From Gracilinanus agilis (Eukaryota): a stretch of 60,275 bases of DNA. The notes beneath the pieces were generated by a model that saw nothing but the letters and a program-made list of their open reading frames with translations, was not told the DNA's origin and ran no database searches. A program made the position numbers and the translations under genes. Below are positions 12,312-25,049 of this stretch, piece after piece. The DNA lies in the NCBI RefSeq assembly GCF_016433145.1, contig NC_058131.1:686962992-687023266 (forward strand). The letters run 5' to 3'. Numbering within the stretch: the stretch's first letter is position 1; each line of letters begins with the position of its first letter.

Positions 12312-13180
12312 TTTTTTTTTTTGCAAGAGAAATATTTAATTTATGCTAAAGAAATGTAGACCTTACACATTGTATTAGAATATTCTAATCATGTATATGT
12401 GGCTCTAAACTTCTAACTTCAACCAAGTAACTTTAAAAAAAAACATGATTTAATAAGTATACAAACTAAGAACACAAACAAGAGTATATGATGAGTTTTA
12501 TTTAGATGGTTCAAATGGAATCACTTCATTTCTTCCTGTTGCTCCCTGTTGCTAGCATGGCGGCTATTCAAAGAAAGATGTATGGTATATCCACGTAGAT
12601 ACCCATCATTGTACTAATGCGGTCATATATCTCTGGGCCATTCATTAGCACTACTGCATGTCTGATGACTTTTTGGGTATAATTTACCCAAATGTGCTAA
12701 AAAGGAAGAATGTGCTAAAAAGAATTAATCTACCATAAGTTGCTACAGAATAAAGACTAGCACCAAGTATAGTGGCAGGTGATATAAACACAGATCTCAG
12801 AGAAGAAACAAAGGTAACACCTAGACCCACTCCCAATGGTGCTCCACATTTAGGAATTTTTCACTGGGAACACACATGACTACAGGAGAGAGGCCACCCA
12901 CAATGCCTGCTATATATCAAATAGCTCTGAGGATCAGAGGGCCACTCAAAAAGTCAGAGGAAACGGACCATCCAAACAAGATGTTTTAGAATTCAGTTCT
13001 CTTCATATGATATTGACCAAAATGTGTTCTAGCACCAATCATAGCAGCAAAAGTTGCTCCAATTGCCAACCAAGAGCCTTTCATCACAAAAGTTATTTAA
13101 CCAGGTGATCAGCTGACTGCTAAGGCAGACAATGCTGTTAAAACAACTCTCTTTATGAAATACATAAAGGTAGCATGAAT
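12312..13180 (-). pseudogene. GHITM: Processed pseudogene of GHITM (Bax inhibitor-1/TMBIM family), 5'-truncated
   Basis: The minus strand gives IHATFMYF..LTALSALAVS*..MKGSWLAIGATFAAMIGA..SISYEE..KHLVWM..PLTFLSGPLILRAI*YIAGIVGGLSPVVMCVPSEKFLN..PLGVGLG..ASLYSVATYG..TQKVIR..YDRISTMMGIYVD..AAMLATGSNRKK*, collinear with the GHITM C-terminal two-thirds. It is intronless across several parental exons and has several stops and frameshifts. Stop at 12526-12528, about 200-nt 3'UTR, ATTAAA (12335-12340) and a poly(A) remnant (T run 12312-12322). Confidence 0.95.
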
Positions 13181-13203
13181 TTCACTCTGATAAATATCTG
13201 AAA

Positions 13204-13460
13204 ATCAATTGGGAAGTGGCTAAACAAGTTGTTGCATGTGATTATGATAGAATATTACTGCTAGGTAAGAAATGATGAGTAAGTTAATTTTTAACAACAT
13301 AAAAACATGTGAAATTATATACATATGTGTGTATATGCTTGCAAGGGTGTGTTTGTCAAATGATGCCTCCTCTAGAATGGAGAAGGGAGCGGGGTACCTG
13401 GGATGTAAATACATAAGAAATTTATGTACTTACAATGATAGAGATTACCTTAGTTTCCCA
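13204..13460 (+). mobile_element. L1 3' fragment abutting the GHITM retrocopy
   Basis: ATCAATTGGGAAGTGGCTAAACAAG...AAGAAATGATGAG resembles the L1 ORF2 end. Confidence 0.65.
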
Positions 13461-16119
13461 AACTCTCTCATGCATATTAATGTGTGATCAAATTTCCATA
13501 TTTGCCCTTAATAAAAATCCTTTTAATTATGTCTCTTCTCTGAAGAGACAATTGTCATCCTCCTATTCTTTTTAGCAGAAGTTCATTCTTGCCTTCTTCT
13601 CATGCCAGTAATATGGCCTTGTTATTGGGACTCAAATGGATGGCTATAGAATATTATTAGAAACATTCCAGATGGAGAAACTGAGGCTTAAATTTAGGGA
13701 AGGCTGGAAGGCAGCTACTGAAGCTTAAGGGGCCTATTGATGCATTAAATTAATGAAACAAAACTACAGAACAATCCAGTTGGATATCAGGCCCCCAAAA
13801 TTAATGTCATAAAACCAGAAGCACTGATGCTCAGTAGAACAAATTACTTCACTGGAAAGGAATCAGCACAGTTATAAATGGAGCCAGAATAAAGAAAATC
13901 TTATCTGAGTACAAAGCAATCAGGACAAAAATATCCTGGAAAATGAAATTAGATTGAAGGAGAATGAATATTCTCTTGCTCTCTCTCTAATGGAGAGCCT
14001 GAAGATCATCGAAGGGACCATGATGGCAGGGATGTTGGTTGCCTTCCAACATGTTCCTGCACAGATGAAAAAACCTGCAAAAGAAAGTAATTGAAGAATC
14101 CGTAATGAGATTTGCTTGGCAAATACCAAAATGTAAAGAAAAGCAATTTAATAACTAAAGTCCAGTAAGGGATTTTTGTGGTTTTTGAACTGGATTATCC
14201 CAACTCAGTAATCATCATCACAGTAGATTAAATGGCAAGGATATGCAATGGGACTAATGGAACCAGTTATGGATGAATAACCTAATCCAGTGATGAAAGA
14301 ATAAATGCCCATTTCTTGTTTGTCCCTTCTGAACACTTTTCTGCAGACCAAATATGTGGTTCCAAACCAGAAAACTCACAATCCAGAATGCATTTTAGGA
14401 GAGCAATAAGGATGGTGAAAATGGAAATAAAACCCATTCAGTGTTAGAAGGAGACTGAGGGAAGATGTCAGGGGTGGCACGAAAGGTACCTTCATGTATC
14501 TGCAGAGTTGCCTTATGGAAGACTGTCAGTTTGCTCTGTCAATCCTGGAAGACAGAACTTTAAACAGTGAATTGACCAAGGGTGAGTCACAACCTTCATC
14601 TGCTTAGTTTAATCAAAATGAGGATAATAATAGTACCTAACTTCCAGGTTCTTGCAAGGATCAAATGAGGTAATATTTGTAAAGTGCTTTGCATATCTTA
14701 AATCTCTTTGCAAGTACTAGTTATTATGATGATCATCATTATCATTATTCCAATAACTTGTAGAAAGAACAATTTTAACTTAATGGGGGGGGGGGGAAAC
14801 ACCACTTCCTAATAATCAGAGTTGTCAAATACTGAAATGGGTCACTAAAGAGAGTCATAAGTCCCTCCTTACTGGAAATCTTTAAACAGAGGCTGAAGAT
14901 TATTCTTTGAGGATGTTTAATGGGACATTTCTCTTCTGACACAGGATGAACTGACTGATCTCTAGAAGGTCCTTTCCAGCTTTTAGATTCTGGGATGTTA
15001 TCACCTTTCCCAGTTGTAAAGAATAAATGGGGCATAATTGCTAAGGGTTAGATAAGAACAATCTCCATTTCTGACTATACAAATCTTGCCTCAAATTAAA
15101 AGCTAATATAACATGGGGAAAAGAATGAACAAAAGTGGATGTATTTTTTTTTAAATGGGAAAGATACTACTGCCTAAGCAACAGCTAAAGGATATTTGAG
15201 AATAACACTCTTGATTACCATCTGAGCTGTGCCAAATGAGATATGCACTTTGAGATTATGGGAGTGACACTTTTATTGTGCCTCCTTAATTCTGTAAAAG
15301 CAAAAGAAAATAAAAAAGGTTTTACCCATGAGCCCAGAGGCATATATACATAAATGTACATGCATATGTAAAATATAGACCCATTTTATACATATATGAA
15401 AGAAAGAGTAAACAAAAGGTAGGAAGTCTGAAATAATCCCTGCAGCAAAGGGGATAACCATAATTGTGACTTGTCTGATCATCAGTTAGAGACGCAATGA
15501 GAAATACAACCTCTCTACATTCTCATTAAGTCTCCTTAAGTTCAGTGATATTTACAGATTGTGAGAAATTATGTGATTTCAGTAAAGAGAGTTTTACACA
15601 GTAACCAATTCCATTCTCAATAGCAATAGGAACTGGCCCAAAGTGAAATAAGAAATGCAGAGGAAACATTAAAGGACCTTGCAACCAAATCATGTCAATA
15701 TCTCCTATTGTAAAGTGGAATCTGGGAATTATTTTGTAGAAGGCAAATAAGATAAACTAAATCAAATATCTACTTTCTTTTTCCAAGGGGTAAAGATGAG
15801 AGACCTGAAAGGGGTCTCAAAGATCATCTAGTTCAAGAAATTCATTTCATGAAGGAGAAAATTGAGGTCCAAGGCCTCACTCATTCAAGGTCACACACAA
15901 ACAGTAGGCAGTAGAACCAAGATTTGAATGTAGGTGCACTGACATCAGATTCAGCACTCTTTCTACTGAATCATAGTCATTCAGAGTGCTGCTCTGAAAA
16001 TTAGCCTGGTAGGCTTCAATACTAAAATAATTTTGCTTATCTTGACTGAGGAATTGAGCTCCAAATAATTGTAGAAACAAGTCAAAAGTTTCTTTGTGTT
16101 CAAATTCATCCTGCATTCA

Positions 16120-16690
16120 GCCCCTAAAGTAATTTTCTGAAAGCAGAGATCCAACCATGTGACTCCCTAATCCCACCCCAACACTCCCAAACTCAGTAAG
16201 CTCCAATGGCTCTCTATTGCCTCCAGGATCAAATACAAAATGTTCCATTTGGCATTCAAAACCTTTCATAAACTTCTCTTCCTCCCTTTCTAGTATTATC
16301 ACCCAACATGTATTATTAAATCCAGGGGCACTGCCATCCATATCTCAGCTCTGGGCATTTTATCTGGCTGTAATCCATTCCTAGAATTTTCTGTAATGCT
16401 CTCCCTTTACATCTCTACCTACTGACCTCTCTGGCTTCCTTTACTTGTCAACAAAAAGGCCATCTTTGGCTAGAAGCCTTCCCCAATCCCCTTTAATTCC
16501 AATGCCTTCACTCTATTAACTTTTTATCCTGTACATAACATACTTTGTGTATATTTGTATATATATTGTCTTCTCCACTAGATTGTAAACTCCTTGAAGA
16601 CAGGAAGTGTCATATACCTCTTTTTGTACCTCCATCATATAATACAGTTTCTGACAAATAGTAGGTGATTAATTAATATGTGTTGATTGA
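16120..16690 (+). mobile_element. L2 3' region
   Basis: CCCCTAAAGTAATTTTCTGAAAGCAGAG...GATTGTAAACTCCTTGAAGACAGG...TTGATTGAC 3' end. Confidence 0.85.
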
Positions 16691-16878
16691 CTTATTTACA
16701 AAACTGGAAAGAGTAGGACGGATTTAGGTGCTAGACAATTTAAGTTAAAATCCTTCCTCTCTTTTTGACTACAAATATTTATGACTTTGCAGTAAGAATG
16801 AAGAATAGCAACAACAAAGATTAAGGATTTGATAACTATGACATGCAAGGGAATATGACTAAAATATCTAATATTTCT

Positions 16879-17063
16879 TTTTTTTTAAACCCTTGTACTT
16901 CGGTGTATTTTCTCATAGGTGGAAGATTGGTAAGGGTGGGCAATGGGGGTCAAGTGACTTGCCCAGGGTCACACAGCTGGGAAGTGGCTGAGGCCGGGTT
17001 TGAACCTAGGACCTCCTGTCTCTAGGCCTGACCCTCACTCCACTGAGCCACCCAGCTGCCCCC
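16879..17063 (-). mobile_element. Young SINE-1 (CORE-SINE) with 14-bp TSD
   Basis: Full length with retained CpGs. TSD TATCTAATATTTCT at 16865-16878 and 17064-17077. Confidence 0.95.
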
Positions 17064-17179
17064 TATCTAATATTTCTATACCAATTCAATTACTCTGACC
17101 CAGATAAACTCCTTGGGAGGTACTTTCGTACCACAACATTAGAGCATAGGAAAAATTTGCACAAAAATGAGCTTCAGCT

Positions 17180-18100
17180 TTTTAGAAAAGGCTCAAATGG
17201 GTCATCAAAGAGACATTTGGCAAAACTGACAGAGAGTAATTAGAGAGACCCAAATGATTTTTTTCAAAAATTATAATGAAAGAATAAACTTCATCTCTTG
17301 TTTGATTGGATGATAGGAAAGGGAAATTCTTGAGGTATACTTTATCTGGACATTAGGAAAAACTTTGGTGGAGTATCTCATGCTATTCTTGTGGAAAAGA
17401 TGAAAAGATATAGAACTGATGATAATATACAATGAATTTAGAATTGGGTGGATGGAGGGACTTTAAGAAAATTTTCTAATGATTCAGTTTTAATTCAAAC
17501 AGAATTCTCCTATAGAAAGTCCTAGTTATATAGGTTTGCCCCATGTGGTTAACATTCTTATCAATGAGTTGCACAAAGACACAGATGGAGTGCTGATAAC
17601 ATTTGCAAATTATACAAATCTGGGAAGGATAGATCACACAGCAGATGACTGAAGTATAGATCACACAGGAAAGGACTGAATCAGAATCCAAAAAGATCAT
17701 GACAGCTTGTAGCACTATGCTAAATCAAATTCTATAAAACTTTATAGGTATAATTATGAAATTTTACTCTTAGGGACAAAAAAACAACTTCTAACATGCA
17801 AGATGGGAAGACATGATTTAGACATTAGTTTGGTAATCGAGAGTTTTAATGGACTGAAAATGCGGTATAATTTAGCATTCTGATATGAAATAAAAAAATA
17901 ACTAATGAAATTTTGGTCTGAATTAATAGAGGCATAGTTCAGGAAATAAGAAGGTAATAGTCCCTTGGTAGTCTTCCCTGGTCAGATATTATTAACTATT
18001 GTATTGAAACCTAGGTACTACAGTTTAAGAAGGACATTAACAAGCTGGAAAGTATCCAGAGGAAGGAACAAAAAGTGGTACAGGGTCTTGAATCCATGTA
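17180..18100 (+). mobile_element. L3/CR1 ORF2 remnant (continues about 18520-18720)
   Basis: Degenerate YLDxxK, SHAILVEKM, FNIFINDL and KFADDTKLG motifs. Confidence 0.8.
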
Positions 18101-18866
18101 ATATGAGTTAGTCAGTAAATAGGCATTTATTAATTGCCTACTATGTGCCACTCACTACAGATACAAAGTGGTGGGGCTACAAGGAAGAGCAAATGTCATC
18201 CTTGCCTTTAAGGAGCTCATGATCTAACAGGCACAACAACAAGGGGAAAATATATACATACATACATACATATATATATATATATACATATATACACCAA
18301 TTTATAAAGTCAAGGCACTAGGAATAAAGTTAATTGGGAAAAATAACTTTCTTGTAGAATATGAGATTTTAGGTGGCACTTAAAGGAAGCCGGAGATGTA
18401 CGAAGTAGAAATGAAGAGAGAGAGAGCATTCTAGGCAAGGGGGAAAGGCAGAGAAAACTCCCAGAGCCAAAAGACTAAGTGTCTTGTTAAGGGAGGAGCC
18501 AAGAAGGCAATTATCACCACATAGAAAACATGGGCATATAAGGTGTAAGAAGACTGGATACATGGAGGAGGGCTTAGAAGTAACTGGAGATATTTAGCTT
18601 GGAGAAAGGAAGATTGGAGATGGTGGTCACAGAAGCTACCTTGATATATATGAAGGGCTTTCATATGGAGAAATGGTTTAGCTATCAGAGAGGCTCCCAC
18701 TTTTAGACTATAACTGAGCAGATTCCCCCAATATTTGGCACCAAGAATCTTTGAGTTACATGGTACATACACATAAAATCTTCAGCATCAGCAGGTACAT
18801 AGGAAGGGATAGGACTGTAGATCAGGAAGGAAAACAGATGGATAGGGCAAGTTCAGGTTCTGGAAA

Positions 18867-18994
18867 NNNNNNNNNNNNNNNNNNNNNNNNNNNNNNNNNN
18901 NNNNNNNNNNNNNNNNNNNNNNNNNNNNNNNNNNNNNNNNNNNNNNNNNNNNNNNNNNNNNNNNNNNNNNNNNNNNNNNNNNNNNNNNNNNNNN
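18867..18994. other. Assembly gap (N run)
   Basis: 128 N. Confidence 1.
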
Positions 18995-21900
18995 GTAAAC
19001 AAGATTTGTAGGGCCATTTCCATATAGCATTTGCATTCTCACTTTATGCTTCCAGCTATATTTATTAGGTGAAAAAAAATCCTGTTGTGACTGCCAAGCA
19101 TCACAGAGTGCACCAAGCATTCTCTCTGGGGAAAAAATAATAATGCCACCCCACTAGCCACAGAATCAGAAACAAGCAACTTGTCTATTTATTCAAAAAG
19201 CTCAATGAGCTGTGAAGATTGACATTTAAACTATTAACAGTGCATTTCATCTGACAATGTTATTAAATATTAAGTCTGATTTATGTAAAGGTTTAATCAA
19301 ATGGCAGATCAGGTCAGCCCATGTGCTGCAAAGAAAGCACATTATAGGGAATAGTATTTGATAGATTTGATCCCACAAAAGGGGGGGAAACAGTCCACCA
19401 TCAACAGCAAGGTCTGACTTCATTTGACAAAGTTATTATCATATAAATTCAAATGACTTGCTAGCTCAACACAACACCCAAAAGTTTCTCTAATTGATAT
19501 TCTTAGCAGTTTGGAAATCGAAAAGCCGAATCATAGACTTCAATAAATCTAGCTCTAACAAAGGAGAGGAAATGTCAGGTTATTGAGCTCTGGGTTCTGC
19601 ACACTGATGGCAGGATGGAAACATGCTAGAATGATTCAATGCAGGTGTGGCTAGTGGATATTTTGTGAAGTTTGGTAAATACATTGCTTTTTAGAATGGG
19701 GAAAATGAGGAGCAGGAGGAACTGTGTAATGACAGACCAGTACAATGGACAGCGACAGGAACAAGAAAGGCTGTTGTGGGCTATCAAAAAGAAATAGATC
19801 AACATGAAGCAGGCAAAAGAATACTGACTTTGCCATCTGGATCTGGCTTAACATATCATATATTCCCTGTGTAAAGTTATACAAGTCACTTGACCTCCAT
19901 TGGCCTCATCTTCCTCATCTAAAAAATAGAGGTTTTAGATGAGATGAATTCTGATAGCCTCTCAGTTTTTAAATCCTTGTTCATATGCAAATGGATAAGA
20001 ATTAAATACTATAAAGCTATTAAACTCCAGGGAGAATTGGATCAAGCAAGCAAGGACAATGTATTTATTAAGCACCTGTTATGTGTCATTTTAAGTGATA
20101 TGGATAGAAACACAAAAGTAAAATAGCTTTTGGCTTGATGGGGCTTACATTCAACTAACATGGAAGTGGTCAAGCATGAATACTAATACAAAGAGGACAG
20201 AAGGGAAGTTGTTCAAACAAGAGTAATCATGGAGGGAAGAAGCTCAAGATCTTCCTCTCACATTAGACTTATTTGCCTAAAGGTAGAGAGGTATGCCTTC
20301 TTCATACTTCAAATATTCATTATTTTGTCACTGTGTGTATTCCTTGTTATTATTGTTTATGTTATATGACTTTTCTCTTGTTTAACTCTTTGTGAACTTT
20401 TTGGGGTTTTCTTGGCAAAGACACTGGAGTGGTTTGCCACTCCCTATGCCAGCTAAATTGACAGATGAGAAAACTGAGGCAAATAATCAAGTGACTTGCT
20501 AGAATGAGGGTAAGCCTCTCTCAAATCCCCTAATCTCATCATTTGATTCAGAAATATAGTCAGTTGTTAGGTCCCAACCTCAAAACATTCCTATTTTGCT
20601 AAGAACTGTCAATGCCTGTTTTTTTTATTGCCACAGCCTTTGAGAAGCTAGAGACATTTACATTTCACAAATACAAATAGTAATAGGACACTGATGATGA
20701 TTTTGGTAAGGTATGAGGAATTAAAATATGAAGAGTAGCATATAAAATAATGAAAGGCAAAAGGATCTAAGTTAATAATAATAATAGCTACCATTTACAT
20801 AGTGATTTAGGAATTGTAAAACACTTCAGATATCTCATTTTATATTTAGATCATGATCAGAGGTATTTTTATCCTCTCCATTTTACAAATAGGAAACTGG
20901 CAAAAAGAAGTTAAGTGACTTTACTAGTGTCTCACAGCTATTAAGTATCTATGGCTAGATTTGAACTCAGATCTTCCTAATTCTATGTGCTTAACTTCAT
21001 CCACTATGCCACGTGGCCATTTCTTATGGATAGTATATCACTGAAATAATGTCATCATGCCAATGGCATAAAGTTAAAACTGGCCCTAGAATCTACCTTG
21101 ATTCCTTTCCTAAGGGGTTGTACTGAATGGGAAATAAAAAGAACCTGAAATGCTCATGACACAATATGTCAGAGTTATTCTCTATGTCTGACAGTTTAAG
21201 AAGATCCACATTGGAGGAAACCTAGGCTAACATAACAGTTGATTTAACAAAAATGTAAGCTGCGACCTTTGAATATACAGTGTTCAAATTCAAAAGGATG
21301 AGAATGTAAACTCCTCAGGTAGACAAGGAATACATAAGATCAGAGCTGTAAAGCTACAAAAGATTTCTGAAGTTATCAAGCTGTAGATGAAAAAACTGAG
21401 ACCCATAGAGGTTGTACCTTGCCTCAAGTTACATGGGAAACAAATGACAAAAACAGGATCCAATTTCAATTCTGTTGACTTCAAATCAAATATTCCTCCC
21501 CCCACACCCCATAATCATAGCTCTACACTGTTCCAGGAACAATTTGATTTACTAAGGAGTATCTGGAGCAGGAACTGAATCAACTTGTTAGAGTTAAAAT
21601 TGTTGCACTTCAAAATCACCCCCATATTGCCATACCATGATTTCATCACTAGTGGTTTTGAAGTGATCCATTATCCCTCAGTATAATGAGTCTCTAATTC
21701 TCTACTCACTTAATTATTTTGCAACTTCTTTAAGAAAAGATACTATAGCATCCATAATATTGTCTTTTTATTCCCAATATCAAATGTAGGGATGTGTATG
21801 TAGTAAATGATTCAGACATATTCTGTAATTTAATTGATGATGATGATGTTCAGTGATCCTATAGTCTTCTATAGGTATTCCTTGGTATTACTGGCTAAGT

Positions 21901-22739
21901 CTTCCTTTGTTTTCTTCACTATCTTCAGTGCAAGATAAAGCTTTTTAGATATTCACTTTTAGCTATTTATAACATGAAAATGTAGAAAGCCAGAATAAAA
22001 TATTTAGAGAATAATTCACCTACCCACCCAAGACTATGGAATTGTTTTTTTCTAAGACTCGTTTGAGTCTTCTTACCTCTTCCCAAGAGATAATGCTACT
22101 TAGAGTTACATTCCTAGGGAAGAGCTGAATTAGTTTAGCCAGAAGACAAAAAAGCTCCCCAGTATTGATTTCCTCTTCTCCAGCATAGAGATAGACACAG
22201 ACAAATAGGAACTTTTTCTCCTCTCTAAGAAAATAAAAGATAAGATACTAATATATGTCAAATGGACACATTTCAGGGAAAACATGCTGAGTCTCCCATA
22301 CACATTAACAGGAGATTCACAAATGTGGTTAGGTCATCTCTGTTCTACACATTCCTTTGAATTTTCAGATTCCAGTCATAGTTAATAAAATTTTGATAGA
22401 ATTTTGTGAATTATAAAGCAATTTCTCTGTACTACCTCATTTTACTCCTACATCAATTCTGTGAATCATATTTCAAAGCTATTGCATTTTGAGATAAGAC
22501 AACAGATGTTACAAGAGGTCGAGACTTATTCATGACATACTTAAAAATGAGGGATGGGATTCAAACCTACCTTTCCTAATTCTACACTAATGTCTTTTCA
22601 CCATACCAAAACTTTGATGCCAGAGTCAGAAACCTATTAATTCAACCACTTGTTGAGGCTGAGAGGAAAGACTGTTGTCTTCTCTATTCATGCCTCCTGT
22701 TCTATCCTTTCCCATTTTAATCTCAACAGAAAAAAACAA

Positions 22740-23230
22740 TTGTGAAAATAGAGACCATGAAACTTGAGTTTCCCATTCTTCTTATACTTGACCCTCCCTT
22801 CCATCAATAATCTTCTCTCCTTTCCTCTTTTGTTCCAGTCTCTGAAGAAAAGGTCATTCCTTTCCTTGCCAACACAAAACACCTCAATATGTGGGCTTAA
22901 TCCCATCAACTTCAGGTTTTTTTAGGGGGGTAGATTTTCCCAATACTTATCTCTTCTTGCTCTGTAATCTTCAATCTCTCACTATCCATTTGCCCCTATT
23001 TGATGCCCACAAGTGTACATAGGTCTCCCTTATGCTTAAAAACAAAACAATATACATGCAGGATTTGGACATGGTTTTCTTGAGTTTCCCTGACTCTAGT
23101 CAAATGCTTTCACAACTATGCTCAATTGCTTCTCATAATAAAATGTCATATAATCTCTAGATACAATATACCATTACCATTCTAAATTTGACCTTCAGTG
23201 TCTCATCATGCCATGGAAGTGACTTTGATT
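22740..23230 (+). mobile_element. L2 ORF2 remnant
   Basis: Pyrimidine-rich L2 internal sequence (CTTGACCCTCCC...CCCATCAACTTC). Confidence 0.6.
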
Positions 23231-24395
23231 TTACACAGGCAGCACCAGCAAAAATAAGCTCTGGAATATTCTACTACATTTGAAATATTTTGAGTTTGGT
23301 TCCAAAAATGGACTCAATAAATGTTTAGTATTCAAAGACCATCCTTGCTTAGCTAGAGAAATTCATCTCCACACTGACCATAAAATGATTTTTTTTTAAT
23401 TTTATTACCACAACTCTCAAATATCAGTTGCAAACTTCCTGGTCCCCAGTCCCTGCTTCAATAAAATGAGGAGGGGTGTTTTAGATTGCTTTTGATGTTT
23501 CTTCTGTGTCTGGATGTAAGATCCAATGATCTACTAATGTAGGTATAAAGCAGATATGTGGATGAGAACGCATGGACCCTGAAGTCTTAAAAAACAGTGC
23601 CTTGAAAACCACAAATTTCAATGCATAAGAAATAAATTTTGGACTTAGAAGATGAAGTTATGTTGAAGTCTTTTCTTTGGAGCCTTGTTTTGAAAAGACA
23701 ACTGATCTTATTTAAAAGTGTTCTTAGAAATTTTTCAAGGAACAAAGTATCCCTAGACTTTTTTTTTGGTAAGGAGCATATATCCTGGTCTGGAGCATTG
23801 AAAACAGATTATCTTTTGGTTCCAATGATTCATCTTCCTAATTACACTTTCCTTAGGTTCATATTAAAATGTTTGCTTTCCTTTTGCACACACTGACAGC
23901 AGGAGTAACATGCTGGGAGAGTCAGTAAAAAAGCTATCCAGAGATTAAACATTTGTCACAGAAAAACTGACTATATGCTAAAACATAAAAGTTCAGGGGG
24001 AGAGATTTGTTTCCTTTTCAAGAACTTGGAATATTAATGTAATTATTAATTTACTGGCTTGTCAAGATGTAGACCAGATGAAGAGTATGTCTATATATTC
24101 ACCCCCAGTTCAACCCCCTCCCTTGGGCTCTCTCAACCATCATTGAACCTCAGTCATTAGAGAAAACTCTTCTCTGGCTTATATTATTTACTCTCTTTAG
24201 ATGAAGGAAGAGGGAGGATTTCAGCCACTATCAAGATAGATAATTCTGGGTAATGATACATTACGGGATCCAAAAGCATCTTAGAGATAATCTTTTATTT
24301 GTCAGATGAGGAAATTGAGGCCTTGGTGCTTTGCCTAAAGTCATACAAGTTTTCCCTTTTACCATATTCATTTTGTATGTGTATATGTGTGTGTG

Positions 24396-25049
24396 TGTGA
24401 AGATGGGATTAACTCTCCCCTGCCTACTTTTAGATTTAATCACCAGAAGCATGTACACTCCCACTTTCTGCTTAAATGGGAGGAGGTTTGCAACCCACCC
24501 TGGGCAGTCCTAAGAAAATTTATAAACTACAATTGGTCCATGTAAAGTAGAAGGAAGGCACAAGAAGTGACACAAAGAAGGGTCTTTAAAAGTAGTTGCA
24601 ACTTCCTGTAATGGGGAGTTTTGGGAAGATGTTTTACGGAGTTGGAGTTCTTTTGGAGGATCTGAAGGTTGGAGGAGGATCTTCTCTTTGGACTAACACA
24701 TGGGTGAGTGGAAAAGGCTGACTTCTTCCCTGGCTCCTGAAGGAACTAGCTTTTGGAGAAGCCCCCTGTCTTGGAGGAGGCCTCATGGCTAGAAACCTTG
24801 CTTTATTCACCACCAGCTCCTCTGACCCATGCTCTTCTGCTGGAAAGTTAATGAGCTCTGCCTGGTTCGAACCAGACTAGTGTAATTATCTAGTGTGATA
24901 GGATAGATACCTTCTCTACCCTCTTTGTCATTTCTCTACTTTCACTTTTTCCCTCTATTTTATAAATAAATACTGCTATCAAGTCATTATGACTTAAGAT
25001 ATATTAATTTCAGCAACCACACTTATATATGTGGTCCAACTTTAATTTT

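Noticed and set aside
13920-14129. ORF containing LLSFAGFFICAG, resembling the GRID1 pre-M4 LHSFAGVFCILA
   Set aside because: The match is only about 6 residues, the hydrophobic M4 helix does not follow, and the intervening exon is missing, so this is a chance similarity.
9654-17690. Short tandem duplications (TCACCATAATGATGA x2 at 9654/9672; ATAGATCACACAG x2 at 17629/17656)
   Set aside because: These are ordinary slippage duplications, one of them inside an L3 remnant.
18995-19030. Minus-strand TATGGAAATGGCCCTACAA next to a gap, resembling the YGIALQ codons of the next GRID1 exon
   Set aside because: It needs an indel, the upstream sequence does not encode AKKGNYAFLWD, and there is no acceptor.
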